Under the pieces are notes generated by a model. The model was not told the DNA's origin, did not search any database, and worked only from the letters and a program-made list of their open reading frames with translations. Made by a program: the position numbers and the translations under genes. Shown in pieces: positions 50,097 to 63,026 of a stretch of DNA of 64,000 nucleotides (position 1 is its first letter; each line of letters begins with the position of its first letter). Location of the stretch: positions 1,426,001 to 1,490,000 of the forward strand of contig JBNJNM010000008.1 in NCBI GenBank assembly GCA_052426225.1, given 5' to 3'. This DNA is from Zancudomyces culisetae HAW-14-8 (taxonomy: Eukaryota; Fungi; Kickxellomycota).

Positions 50097-51368
50097 ATGT
50101 CAAACGCACTTGCATCCACACCGGCAATCGACGCACTTTCGGGTTCGGCTAGCTCTGTGTTGGCATTATATTTAATATACCCTCTTGATACGTAAGTCTA
50201 ATAATACTTGTTTTTTATCCAGATGTATCTTTATGTGCTTTGCTAGCAGCACAAGCCCACTTAGTATTGTACGATAGCACAAGTGGACAATAATATAAAT
50301 GGAGTTAGTTTACTAGTTTCAATCAGATATAATCTATTTCTATCTGTTTTATTTAATAGGATTAAAGTACGTTACCAGGTGCAAAACTCAAAAGACCACC
50401 ATGCATACAGTGGAATATTCGATGCCTTTAAAAAGATCCTGGCCTCAGAGGGCCTTCAAGGACTATATAGAGGTCTGGGGTCCAGCTTGATCAATCAGGC
50501 AACAACAGGATATATATACTTCTACTTTTATTCTTATATAAAGACAAACTATAGAAGAATAACTAAAGTAGAAGCAAATAAGGGGTTGTCGACATTGGCT
50601 GAGCTTGCCATAGGTGCAGTTTCAGGAATGCTCTGCCAATGCTTTACATTGCCTCTAAATGTAATTGCTACTAGACAACAAACAAGCTCTAGTAAATCAC
50701 AAGAATCTATTGTTGATGTAATAAGAGAAATAATAGAGATCGATGGAATTTTAGGGCTATGGAAGGGCTTTAAGCCAACAATGGTTCTATGTATCAACCC
50801 CGCTATCACTTATGGTGTATTTGAAAGAACAAAGACTATGCTTTTAGAACGCAAGTCGAAAAATACGGATATCACGTCTGCATATTTATTACCCTCAGAG
50901 GCTTTTGCAGCTGGTGCACTTTCGAAAACCTTGGCAACAGTTGTAACTTACCCATATATTACCGCCAAAACACGCTTGATGTGGAGACCCAGCAAGGAGG
51001 AAGTCGAGAAGTTTGGTGATGATGTTATATATAAGGATACCACAGATGTTTTGAAGAAAACTTTCAAGATTGCTGGAGTAGCAGGCTTGTACAAGGTAAA
51101 ATTTTAATGCTTTGAATGCGTTTTCTCAAATTCATGACTTGGAAAATGATATGTAGAGATAATGTTATGGGAGGGGAGGGGGGGTGGATGTATGGTTTAA
51201 CATTTTAACTTTTTTTTTTGACTGTTATTGAAATAGGGGATGCAAATGCAAATTATAAAGGCAGTTATCTCGCAGGCACTAGTTTTAATGATCAAGGAGT
51301 CATTGACTAGATACATCATAAGAATGTTTATGCTCCTCAACAGAAAAAAGTTAAAGGCGGCAGCTTAA
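50097..51368 (+). CDS. ANT1: Mitochondrial-carrier-family protein, most like peroxisomal adenine nucleotide carrier (Ant1/PMP47/SLC25A17)
   Basis: Exons 50097-50191, 50360-51095 and 51237-51368. Carrier signatures YPLDTIKVRYQ, LPLNVIATRQQ and YPYITAKTRL, plus GLYRG/GLWKG/GLYKG and LCINPAITYGVFER. Confidence 0.85.
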
Positions 51369-52846
51369 CATCCGAGGGGTGATGTAGCCTGCTGGTTATT
51401 TCAAACTAATAATTATAGAAATACCGCCAGTATTGTTCATTCGTAGAGTGCAGAAAGATACAAAATATCCTAGATTTTTTTTTCAACTTTTATTTTAATT
51501 AACATGGTTTTATTTTGTTTAACTTGAAGAATATTTTGATGTTCAAGTGAAGGGATAGTTCCTCTTTTTATTTAGTGCCATCAATCTTTTATCAATTCTA
51601 TTGCTACTGTGTCATTTCTTTTTTGAGTAGTTTGTGTTCTTTTTAATAAAATGAGAGGAATTTTTTTTTTGCGCTTAAAAGGTTGGTAAATTTGATATCT
51701 ATCCCATTTTCAGAGGATATAGTAACTGGTAATGTTTACTGGTAATGGTTACTGATAACACTATTTTGAGGTTCCCTCAATTTTACATGAAAAAACCTTG
51801 ATTTTTAGCTGGTAGTGACAGCTATTAATGCCATACTGGTATAGTAGATTATTCGAATGAATGAAAAGGTCTGTGAATAGAAATACTGTGGATTCAGCTT
51901 GCTAGTGTAATCATATATGCGACCACAGGTCACTTTTCTATATATTTTTCGATATAGAAATATGCTAACTGCCCAAGTATTGTAAATAACAGCAAAGAAC
52001 AAACAAAAGTCAAAAATTCAAATGCTGAGTAGTCTGTGCAAGTAGTGGGAGGGGGGAGATGACACGACTTTGGCTTCTATGAGTTGAGCAGCCTATATAC
52101 ATTTTAGATTTTTAGAGATATATACTAGGTCTTTTCAATTGTGAATATGATATTGTGGAAGCCATGGGTTATATAAAGAAAACTTATCTTTTGCCTTTAT
52201 TTTTTATTTTGCTGTGAGGGAGGGGGAATCTTGGGGTTCATTTTCGAGAGAAAGAGAGGAGGGAGGAGGGAGAAGTATCAATTTGAGAGGGAGTTAAATG
52301 TGGCAGCTATGTTTTTCCAATTGCTTCGATCTTTCGACTGCGCAGAAAGTTCTCAGAACAAAATACACATAGGTGGTATAAATTTTGGAGAAAATGGTTT
52401 GTATCTAAAAAAGAATGGAGTCCTGTTGGATGGCCGGCAAAGCATTGTTGGTAATGCAATATTTACACTACCACGAATAGAATTCCAGTATTGTATTTTT
52501 TTGCATTTTTTTTCTAAATTCGCAAATAATATGGGTATTAACAAAACCACTAGCGTATATAAACAGCCGATAAATCAATGAAGATAAATAATGTCCAGTT
52601 TTTTGAAGTACCTCCCCCATCAGGGAGCAAATTAGCAGCAAGAAGAAATTAACAGAATAATAATTTTTTTTCCGTTCTGGCTACTGACTGATTTTTTTTT
52701 AATGTCAATGTTATTTCCATTTCAACTTGTTTAATAGTGTTAAGATTAAAATATTTAGTTTTTTACTTTAAAAAAAAATTTTCGTACAAAAGAAAATATA
52801 TTAGAAGGAATAAAGGATAATAGCAATAAATAAAACGAGAATAAAA

Positions 52847-54735
52847 ATGGATCAAAAAATACCAGAGCATCGGAGAAATGCGTACAAGAGCAAGGGAATC
52901 TTTACACAGGATGAATTGCGACGCAGGAGGGAGGAGCAATCAGTGGAATTGCGTAAGCAAAAGAGGGACGAGAATTTGAGTAAACGCAGAAACTTCAACT
53001 TTGAAATAGATAACTCGGATAGCGAGGACGAGATGCAACATCCTGAGGTAAGCCGAAAAGCCATTATTTGTTGAAATAAAACTCTTGTGGGAAAAAAAAA
53101 CCCTACAAAAGAAATATGTGGTTATGGATAACGTAATTTGAATACATGCCAAAAAAAAGAGAGGGAGAAGTGTCATTGGTAGTAATCAATATAAAATGTG
53201 TAAATGTTTATCTAAATAGACCGAGTTCGATCTGGAACAAATGAAGGCGCAGTTATATTCAGACTCAGCAGAGGAGCAGCTAACTTCAGTAACTAAATTC
53301 CGCAAATTGTTATCCAAGGAGAAAAATCCACCGATAGAAAAAGTTATAGAGTGCGGAGTAGTTTCACGATTTGTAGAACTTCTTCGATCACAGCAAACGG
53401 TTATTCAGGTAAGTAGAAAAACAGAGAATTTTTTATTTTTTTCTAAATTAGGGAAATATATATAAAAGGAAAAGACGAGAAAAAAGATATTTTTTTTTAC
53501 AAAGAGTGTTTGATGGAATGTATAAACGATTTAAATAGTTTGAGGCTAGTTGGGCACTAACAAACATATCGTCAGGATCAAGTACACAAACCCAGGTGGT
53601 GATAGATGCACAGGCAGTGCCAATATTTGTAGAACTCTTGGATAGCTCAAACCAAGATGTGCGCGAACAGGCTGTTTGGGCATTAGGAAATATAGCAGGT
53701 GACAGCCCACAATGTAGGGATGTAGTACTTGCGGCAGGCGCGATGGAGCCACTTTTAAGGGTGCTGAGCGAAAACCACAAACTGTCAATGCTGCGAAATG
53801 CCACATGGTCGCTTTCCAACTTTTGCAGAGGCAAGAATCCACAGCCACCATGGGAGCTGGTATACCCAGCGCTGCCTGTGCTTTCAAAACTTATATATTC
53901 AGTTGATGAGGAAATTCTTACGGATGCGTGCTGGGCCATTTCGTATTTGTCTGACGGACAAAATGAAAAAATCGGTGCTGTCATTCAGGCCGGTGTAGTA
54001 CCAAGACTTGTTGAGCTCCTGTCTCATCAACTTTCCTCAGTTGTTACGCCTGCTTTAAGATCAATTGGAAATATTGTCACTGGTGACGATTCTCAGACTC
54101 AGGTGCCAATCAACTGTGGCGTTCTCCCTGTTCTCCTGGGTCTTCTCTCCTCTCCTCGCGAGGCCATTCGCAGAGAAACCTGTTGGACCATTTCCAACAT
54201 CACTGCTGGTGTCCCTGAACAAATCCAGGCTGTCATTGAAGCCAATTTAATTCCTGCCATTCTCGAAATCCTACAGAACGGCGATTTTAGAAGCAAGAAG
54301 GAAGCCTGCTGGGCCATTTCCAATGCTACTGTTGGTGGAATGGCTCAACCCGAACAAGTTCGCTACCTCGTCAGTGTTGGCTGTATAAAGCCTCTGTGTG
54401 ACATCTTAAGCTGTATGGACAACCGTGCCATCCTCGTCGCTCTCGATGGTCTTGAAAATATTTTGAAGGTTGGCGAGCTTGATATGAACCAACGTAATCT
54501 CGAAATTAACCACTACGCTCTCATGATTGAAGAAGTTGGTGGAATGGAAAAAATACACAATCTCCAAATGCACGACAATATCGATATCTACAAGAAGTCC
54601 TACCAAATCATCGACAAGTATTTTGGCGATGAAAACGATACCAACCCAATTGATGAACCTGAAATTGATCCTATGACTGGCGAATACACCTTCCACACTG
54701 ATGTATCCGCCCCTCAAGGTGGCTTTAATTTCTAG
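52847..54735 (+). CDS. SRP1: Importin alpha (karyopherin alpha)
   Basis: Exons 52847-53047, 53220-53408 and 53539-54735. IBB domain (RRRREE...LRKQKR...KRRN), ARM repeats ([29 protein letters not shown]) and a GGFNF terminus. Confidence 0.97.
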
Positions 54736-56016
54736 TCTATACTTATTTTCCTCCTCTCCGAACTCTCTCATTGCTATTTATCCTGCTATTTTGTTTTAAA
54801 TATGTTTTTTATTTTTTTTTCTTTTGTTGTTAGCCAATAAATCGGTTTCCCCCCTCATTCTCTTCCTATTGATTTGACAACACCTAACCAAAAAAGAAGA
54901 AAAAAGAAAGGCCGATTCAACATCAAAACTTTGCTAATATGATTAACAGTATCACACACGTTTGGATAAAGACTATGGGTTCTTACTGTTGTACTATTGG
55001 TGCGAAGAAGAATTTGGTATAATTATGGTCAATCCTTCCCCCCTCCTCCCCCATTTATGAATATTCTACCCAGCTATTCACAATAATGTCTTGATGTTAT
55101 ACATTTGAACTTTGTCCACTCGTGTACTTCTGGAGATCAAATGTGAATGCATAAAGTAGTTAATCCCTCTATAGTTCTTGTTTTCAAAAATACATAACAA
55201 ACCAAAAGCAAAAAAAAAGTGTGCCTATGGGGGGGGGGGGGAATAAACATGTAAGTGGACGAATATTACATCTTCTCTCATTTTGAGGTGTTTTTTTTTG
55301 TAAAAAAAATATATATATATACATCTTCTATTGGCAATTGATTACTGCTATTGAATAAAATATTGTTTGATAAATGTACACACATCAATACAATGTAAAT
55401 GAGAATACATATTCGTCTGAAGTAAAAGAAGGAGGGGTACGTTGTATGAATGATACTGCCACTACTGCACACACTTTCGATTATTCTGCAGGATTCAGCA
55501 TTCCAACAAGTTGAAAATAACAACTCAAGGCTTAAAATTCTTATTTGGACAGTATTATCTGGAGAAGAGAGAAGGAGGGGTAGGGAGGGGTGAGGTGAGC
55601 TGGTGTGAGCTGGTATGGTATGGTATGGTATTGCAATACGGGTCCCCTTGTGTATTTGGGTTTAATTAATAAACACATTTTTTATTTTGTATTTTACAAT
55701 CAGTTTTAACCATACAAGAATATATAGCAAGTAAGCTTTAGATAAGTTGGGTCACGATTACTTTGTACACAATGCTAAAAAGACATAGTTTCATTTTATT
55801 TTATTTTCAACCCATTTCCAAGCAAGATGGTCATTTTTATTTTCATTTGCGTCATTTTTCCAACACCACACCATACTGCACCATTACTATATTCAGTATA
55901 ATTATGACATTATTTTGATATTTTAAAGTCAGCTCGTTTATTTTCTCAAGTAAACTTAATACCAACATGCTGGGTAGAAAAAAAATGTAAAAAGAAAAAA
56001 AGTCTTTTAACTGCGT

Positions 56017-56109
56017 CTATGCCTATACCCATGCCCATGCCCATGCCTATGCCTATGCCTATGCCTATGCCTATGCCTATGCCTATGCCTATGCCTATGC
56101 CTATGCCTA
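56017..56109. repeat. (ATGCCT)n/(ATGCCC)n hexanucleotide microsatellite
   Basis: Directly visible tandem hexamers. Confidence 0.9.
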
Positions 56110-58190
56110 GGTCTTGTTTTTTATTATGTTAGAGAGAATGTAATATTCATTTGTTATTAAAGCTTTGATATATCCTGGAACAAGCTTCAATTTATTATCC
56201 TTCTTGGGGGGGGGGACTGGTAGGTAAAAGCACTAAGGTTAAACATTGGTGTATTTTGCAAGTGTTGGTGGGAAACGTTTGCAGAAAATGCTTTCTGTTT
56301 TAGCCTGAACTTTTAGTTTTCTCCGCAAATTAGTTGTAGCCTCTAATGTAAATATAAACGTAAAGTATAAAAAAAATGTATAGCCAAGTTAAAATAATAG
56401 AAAAAAAAAGTGTGCTATTTTTAAGGTTACAAAAATACAAGACTAAAAGCATATACGAAAAACACCATCCAAGTTGCTCCCAATTTTTAGATTTATTAAA
56501 AGGCAATTGGGTGTGCTATATCCCCAAAGTACATGCAAGTGTTTTGGTATCCAGTTGGGATTCCTATAGTTAATCTTTCAATATATGACTTTTAATTCTT
56601 TCCTTCTTTCTTTTTTTTTGCCGTTTCCAACTCTTTTTGTGGCACTATCGTGTCTTGTAAAACATGCGCTATATAGAGTGCATTTTTTGAGCTAATGTTG
56701 GAGATGCTAGACGAATAATCGTTAGTTTAAATTTTTTTAATTTAGAAATGTGTGGTGTATTTGGATATAACTCTAATATCGATTTTAGATATCACCCTAA
56801 AAATAAAAAGTGGGGAAGTGGTGATGTTATCGCTTGGATTGGACATTGTTAAATGAAATACAAGAAAAAGGTGGTTTGAATACACATCAACTAAACGTAG
56901 ACTGAAAATAGCAATGTAGTTTCATTATACAACATTCAGCGTCTCCTTTTTTTTTTTCCAAACTTCAGTCATGGATGCTAGTAAATGGAATTTGTTAGTA
57001 TTTCTTAACGTTTTTATTAAGAAAACTAATTTAAGTAAAAATATGCGCAGCTATTAATAATGGCTCAATCTGCAAATGAAATAAAGGAAGGGGGGTTAAA
57101 AAAAAAGGGATCAAATAAGCAAACAGAATTTAGTTAGATATTAGACCTCATGCATACCAACTCTTCCATCACCAGTAGCGTTCGTTGCCTTGGATGCTAC
57201 ACGCAATCTTCTCTCTTTCCGCTCTACAAAAAAAGGAGGAGGAGGAGGAGGAGGGAGTGGTGTGGGAGTGAGAAAATAAAACAAGAATGAGGAGTAAACG
57301 TAAACCGACGAATGGATTTAGGTAGTTAGAAATAAAATAGCAACCTTTAATCTCTTTTAGGTATAACAAATGTGGGTAAAATGTGGATGATGGTGAATTA
57401 AATCTGTTTAACTTAAAAAAATGCACGCTGTTATTGACTAAAGGCCATGTAGGAACTTTGGATGGGTTTATGAATAATATATTGGTTTCAGAATAAAGCA
57501 CGTTTTATGGATAGTTTACATACATATAACATTTTTTAATTAACGATACTCGAATACCAGCAAAAGAAAGAGAGTGTTAAAAATAAGTCAAGTTTATGGG
57601 CACTAATGGTATTGAAATGTTGATTTATTAAAAGTAAAACAAACAATATGTAGTAATTGCAGTTAAAAATAGCAGGCGTATATGTTAGTATACAATTAAG
57701 ATAGCCAGATAAAGAAAGAAAAACTTTTGCCGTCTCTAGTTATATATAAGTCCCATGTTTGGGATGTAATAAAAAAATATCAATAAGATTAAAGATTATT
57801 TTCTTTAGCAGCAACATTCAATTTTTATACTCATCATCAACCAGCATAGGTGAAAAGAATATAAAAAACGACCACAAGTTGATAACTTTATTTAATAGTA
57901 ATCACAACTACGTTTGACACATCGAAAAGATTTTACAGCAATCTTCTCTGTATATATTAACTACATACAAGTATTCATTAATTGTAAGTTGCTTAAAAAT
58001 AACTTTATTCATTTGACACCAGGCAGGCTTAAAAGAAGTAGTGGTCTGTATTTACAAAACGCCTATCTGCCACCAATGGATAGTCAGTGCTCATAAGAGT
58101 ACTTGCAAATGCATTATTTTATAATTCTTAAAAAACCAGTGCAATTATCTAACCATGCAATTTTAACTATCTATTTGCTTAGAAATAAAC

Positions 58191-59129
58191 ATGTTCAAGA
58201 AAGTATCAGTCGGAATCTTCGCTTTGGCCGTCAGCCAAGTTCAAGCAGGACAAGCTCAAGCAGTCCCAGCAGTTACATCCTACTCACCATCATCATCATC
58301 ATCATCAGCAGGTGCCACTGACGGAATCTGTATTGGTGGAAACTTGAGTGAAAACGGAAAGGGTGGAAATGAGTGTGGTCCAAGTGAAGTATCCTCCATC
58401 TGGGGAGATTACTACAACGACCTTGTAGCAAACAAGGTAAAGAACTGCATTGGTCTTCTCGAGAGCCTCGGATACACTGTTAGCAAGAGCTCAGTTGTTC
58501 CAGTTTACACAACCGGTGGCAGTAGCTCAAGCGGCAGCTACAGCGCAGGAGGATCAGGCTCAGGATCAGGCTCAGGATCAGGATACTTGCCAGGAGGACC
58601 AGGAGGACCAGGTGGTTCAGGCTCAGGCTCAGCCGGTAGCTACAGCGCAGGAGGCTCAGGCTCAGGCTCAGGATCTGGTGGATCTGGATCTGGATCTGGA
58701 TACTTGCCAGGTGGACCAGGAGGATCAGGTGGTTCAGGATCAGGATCATCAAAACCACCAAGACCAACTCAACCTGGATCCCCATCAGGACCTTCCTCAG
58801 AATACTCATCTGGCCCAGCTCTAGGTGGTGACCTCTCAGGAATCTGGAACATCATAAACGGTGGTGGTCTCAGCGCTGGTGACTTGGATAACATTGTCAA
58901 CGGTATCCTAAGCCCAGGAGGTTCAGGCTCAGGATCTTCAGGTAGTGCAACAGGACCATCAGGAGGAACTTCAGGCCCAGGAGCAGGATACGTTCCAGGA
59001 GGTGGTATGGGATCAGGCTCAGGATCAGGCTCAGGCTCAGGATCAGGATCAGGATCAGGTGCAGGATACGCTCCAGGAGGTGGTATGGGTTCAGGAGGAT
59101 GGGGAATGGGAGATGGATACAGCGCTTAA
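58191..59129 (+). CDS. Secreted Gly/Ser-rich structural-type protein
   Basis: Signal peptide MFKKVSVGIFALAVSQVQA, a short Cys-containing N-terminal domain, then (GS)n, GPGG, GYLPGG, SYSAGG and GAGY repeats. Confidence 0.85.
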   Translation: MFKKVSVGIFALAVSQVQAGQAQAVPAVTSYSPSSSSSSAGATDGICIGGNLSENGKGGNECGPSEVSSIWGDYYNDLVANKVKNCIGLLESLGYTVSKSSVVPVYTTGGSSSSGSYSAGGSGSGSGSGSGYLPGGPGGPGGSGSGSAGSYSAGGSGSGSGSGGSGSGSGYLPGGPGGSGGSGSGSSKPPRPTQPGSPSGPSSEYSSGPALGGDLSGIWNIINGGGLSAGDLDNIVNGILSPGGSGSGSSGSATGPSGGTSGPGAGYVPGGGMGSGSGSGSGSGSGSGSGAGYAPGGGMGSGGWGMGDGYSA

Positions 59130-59599
59130 ATCTAGCCTAAAACATTCAAATCCTTTTTAGCTTTTTTTTCTAAAAAAGATAACTTTAAGCATCATAATAC
59201 CCCTTCATTTATAAATTTAATTATATACTCTTGCAAAATAAAGCCTTTCATTGGTATAACTTCCATGATACAGTTCTGTTTTATGCTTTTCGGTTGAGGG
59301 AAAATTTGAATATTGCATTTTATAATGTATTCCATGAAGATATTTGTTGATCTATTTGAATGGTAAACAAAACAAAGAGCCAAACACATCTTTTCGGTAG
59401 AACTCTTGGCGTTCTCATCTTTCTACACACTCTTTGTTTTGAGTGTGCAGACTTGATAGATGAACGAGAGGGAGTAGTAAATTTAATTTCAAAACACTGC
59501 TTGATATTTGTTTGTGTTCAGAAAATAAAAAGTGATTTGCTATGAAAACCAAGCCTTCCGGCTGTCTAATGCTTTCAACAATAGTTTTGGATTCTATGC

Positions 59600-60071
59600 C
59601 ATTGATTTAATATCGACAGAAAAAGCGCAGCGATGGTGTTAACACACTCATAAAGAACGTATTCCAGAAACAGTTCACTCTATATGACAAGTTCAAAATC
59701 CAAAAATACATAACAAACAACTGGTCTTAAAGGATGAGTCATTGTATCTATTTACAATCTGTTTTTCCTAAGCGAAAGTCGGAACTATTAACAAAGATGA
59801 AAAATGAAATAGGTGGGTTTTGAACAGTAGATAAGTTGACAACAATTACCAGATTGAAAGGAAGCCCAAGACTCTGTTTCTCTTTTGCAACACGAATAGC
59901 ACAGAAACCGTTGAACAAGTATATATGAACCGTGAGCTATGAGCTGCAGCTTGGAAATCGTATCAGGAGCAACGTATTCCGGAATATTTAGAACAAAGAT
60001 ATTGGATAGCAGTGAATGAGAAACGGGCTCTTGGACTAGAACCTGGTGAGGATGGTCTTTATAGGAAATAA
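59600..60071 (+). mobile_element. Degenerate 3' fragment of a non-LTR (LINE-like) retrotransposon ORF
   Basis: Broken translation ELLTKMKNEIGGF*TVDKLT...C/FCNTNSTETVEQ...AAW resembles the C-terminal CxxC-x-ETxEH-x-C-xxW zinc-knuckle region of LINE ORF2. It contains stops and frameshifts; boundaries are approximate. Confidence 0.45.
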
Positions 60072-62201
60072 AAGTGTTGGTTAGATAGATTCCATGTGTG
60101 ATTCTTTTTTTTGTCGTCAGCTTTGTCGATTATTTGATATGTACATCAAATAAAAAAACGGGATGAACGCCAATTGTACTAGTATTTTTTACGTAATATT
60201 TTTATTTCTCTTGTCATTCCTTTTTTGTGTTTGGTTATTTGAACGCTATCACACTCTCCAGAATGTGTAAAAATACATTAAATAATTATTTTAGTGGAGT
60301 GGGCTTAATTCCTCTTATGCAATTTACACATGACTAGATAATATGTAATAAGCGATTTGCAAACTGTTCCTAAGCCGCAATTAAAAAACTAAGTGCCAAT
60401 TATATGCGTAAACACGTCAATCATAGGTAATACATGTCAAAAAAATCTGATACAAATATCCATCAGTTGGCGAATAAACCATCACAACACCGCTGTAGCA
60501 AATTTTGTACTTTTCACAATGTGCATTTTCTGTTACCTTTTTGGAAGGAGGCACACTTGTAAAAAAAAATTCCATTAGCTAAACCATGGTTGGACATGAG
60601 ATAGTATAAAGATTGGATTTTATCATATCAACATTTGGCTTTTTATACTACTCATATCTGCTTTTTTTGCTCCTGGAAAGAACTGCGAGCATCGGCTCTC
60701 TAAGAAATACTGTATTATAAGAGCATTTATGTATATGCGTTTCCATACTGCACCATCAAACCGAAATTATACAAACTCAACAAAATGGTGTGCAAATAAT
60801 TACTTTACCAATTAAAACGATCTTGCGTTTTCGATTGCATTCTGCGACTTGAGATAGTTTGGTTTAAAGTTGTAGAGGAAACCGATAAAAACTGAATTAG
60901 TAAATCACAACCAAAAAAGAGCTAGTGTTCTGATAGTTTTTATTTTTATTTTTCGGGAACAGATAAAATGGGTTTGTGACATTTTAGGTGATATTAGAAT
61001 GGAATTGCTTGAATTTAAAACATATGCGTTTCACGTTATACAACTTTAACAATGTTTGTTCAAATCGCCTTTACCCGCTCCCAGAAAAATATAATAGATC
61101 ACAAAATTCTGGGGGTAAAAAACAGAAATGGTATTGTAGCTTAAGTACAGTTTGTATAAATTATTCAATTATATAATAGATCTTACTTCTTTTTTCTCTT
61201 TTGGTAATACATCTAAAAAATATTCTCGATAAAAAATTTGCAAAACACATCATTCCCAATATAACCTAAAACGATTATCGCAAATATAACTTGTTTAAAG
61301 TGATGAATCTTTACAATATGTAAATGCCAAATGTAAACTAAATTAAAGGTGGTTTGCCCTTTAAACAGCCTGGTTAAATAGGGAAGGTTTAAAGGATGGA
61401 GAAAGCTGAAAAATATCTGCCAGGCCGATAAAAGCTCGGCCTTATAGTAAATTATATTAGAGTTGCTCAAATTTATTGGTTAGGTAATATATGAATTTTA
61501 TAAAATTGTATAAATATGCTTATTGAAATTAATTAACAAACTGCCATTTTCCGAAACTGATAATGTATATGGTAAATTATAAAATTATAAAATTGACCCA
61601 CCTCGTGTGAGTTTTGGTGGAAAGTTACTTAGTTGAACGTTAAAATGTTATACCATATGACAGCTCTCCAGTTAACAATTATTTTTTGCTAAATTTGTAA
61701 ATCAAACAAATAAGGAAATTTCACTGATTAGTATAAAAAATGGCCATAATACATTCTGTGTTCCTATGTCAATAACTAGTAATGGCCTCCTTAATACATC
61801 GTTCATTATTGAATCTTCACCTTGCAACTACCCCGATATCATTACACAACCATTATACAGCTATATTACATATAATTTTATCCATTGTAATATTACCATT
61901 TCTTCGTCTTTATCGCGTGTTACATTTACCTGTCGTATTTACATTTTACATTTTACACCTTCCACTTTCCACTTTTCACTTTGCACTTTTCATTTTACCG
62001 CTTTCATCACTCTGATCTGGTCCCACACTGTCCATCACTTCTAGTTCCGTAATCATTATCCCTTTACTAGTTTGAAACCACTTATCACGTTGATTTGACT
62101 GTCTGTTTCTCTTTTCTCTTCCCCCTTCCCTTTTCTTTATCTGCTCTTCTCACACCACTCTTCCCCCTTTCTTTTTCTGTATCTTCTCATTACTTACCGC
62201 T

Positions 62202-62273
62202 CACCTCTCATCGCTCATCGCTCACCTCTCACCTCTCACCTCTCACCTCTCACCTCTCACCTCTCACCTCTCA
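62202..62273. repeat. (CTCACCT)n heptanucleotide repeat
   Basis: Directly visible. Confidence 0.85.
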
Positions 62274-62799
62274 TGTTCCGCTTCTTCATCTTCTCACCCA
62301 GGTTTCTGTCTGTTCCTATTAATTGCTATTATTTATAATATTTTATTCCTCTTCAATCACTCTTCTGAATTAGGAAATCGGCTTGCTTTTTTAAACGGTT
62401 CTTTTGGCTATTATTTGCATCAATTCTGTACCATTTTTTAAAACACGTTTAATTTGATTATTTTTCACTTGTTTAACCTTTACTCTACACAACTATCCTT
62501 AATGGTATAAATAGATAGTATAGCCAGCAGAAATTCTAATTCTAGCTTTAATTTTAGTTCTAATTCTAATTCTAATTCTAGTTTCAATTCCAAGTCCGGT
62601 TCTACTTCTAACATTAATTATATCATCAACTCTAACATCAACTCTAAGTCTACTTTTAGTTTACTATTGATCTTGTATTTGTATTATACTCAACAGTTGA
62701 TATATCGCAATCGATACAATCATTAACTACTAAAACCATCATTTTAGTATTCTTAGAAACACACTGCAAATATCATAAAAATATTTTATCTATATCAAA

Positions 62800-62932
62800 T
62801 ATACAACTATACAACTAAACTACACAACTAAAAACTACACAACTATACACAACTAAACTATACACAACTAAACTATACAACTAAACTATATACAACTAAA
62901 CTATATACAACTAAACTATACAACTATATACT
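62800..62932. repeat. Degenerate 13-15 bp minisatellite (ACAACTAAACTAT[AC/AT])
   Basis: About ten imperfect tandem copies just upstream of the last ORF. Confidence 0.8.
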
Positions 62933-63026
62933 ACAATACCGGTGTATCCCATAAACCCAATTACTCTAGCATCTAGGTAAATACTCAATCTGATCGATAA
63001 AAAACTTGAATATAGTTTGTACCAAT

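Noticed and set aside
58450-59160. Gln/Asp/Ala-rich alternative-frame ORFs
   Set aside because: Shifted readings of the Gly/Ser repeats; only the 58191 frame has an ATG and a signal peptide.
62800-62932. Possible CRISPR-like or telomeric array
   Set aside because: Head-to-tail degenerate units without unique spacers, eukaryotic context and not a terminal G-rich telomere repeat.
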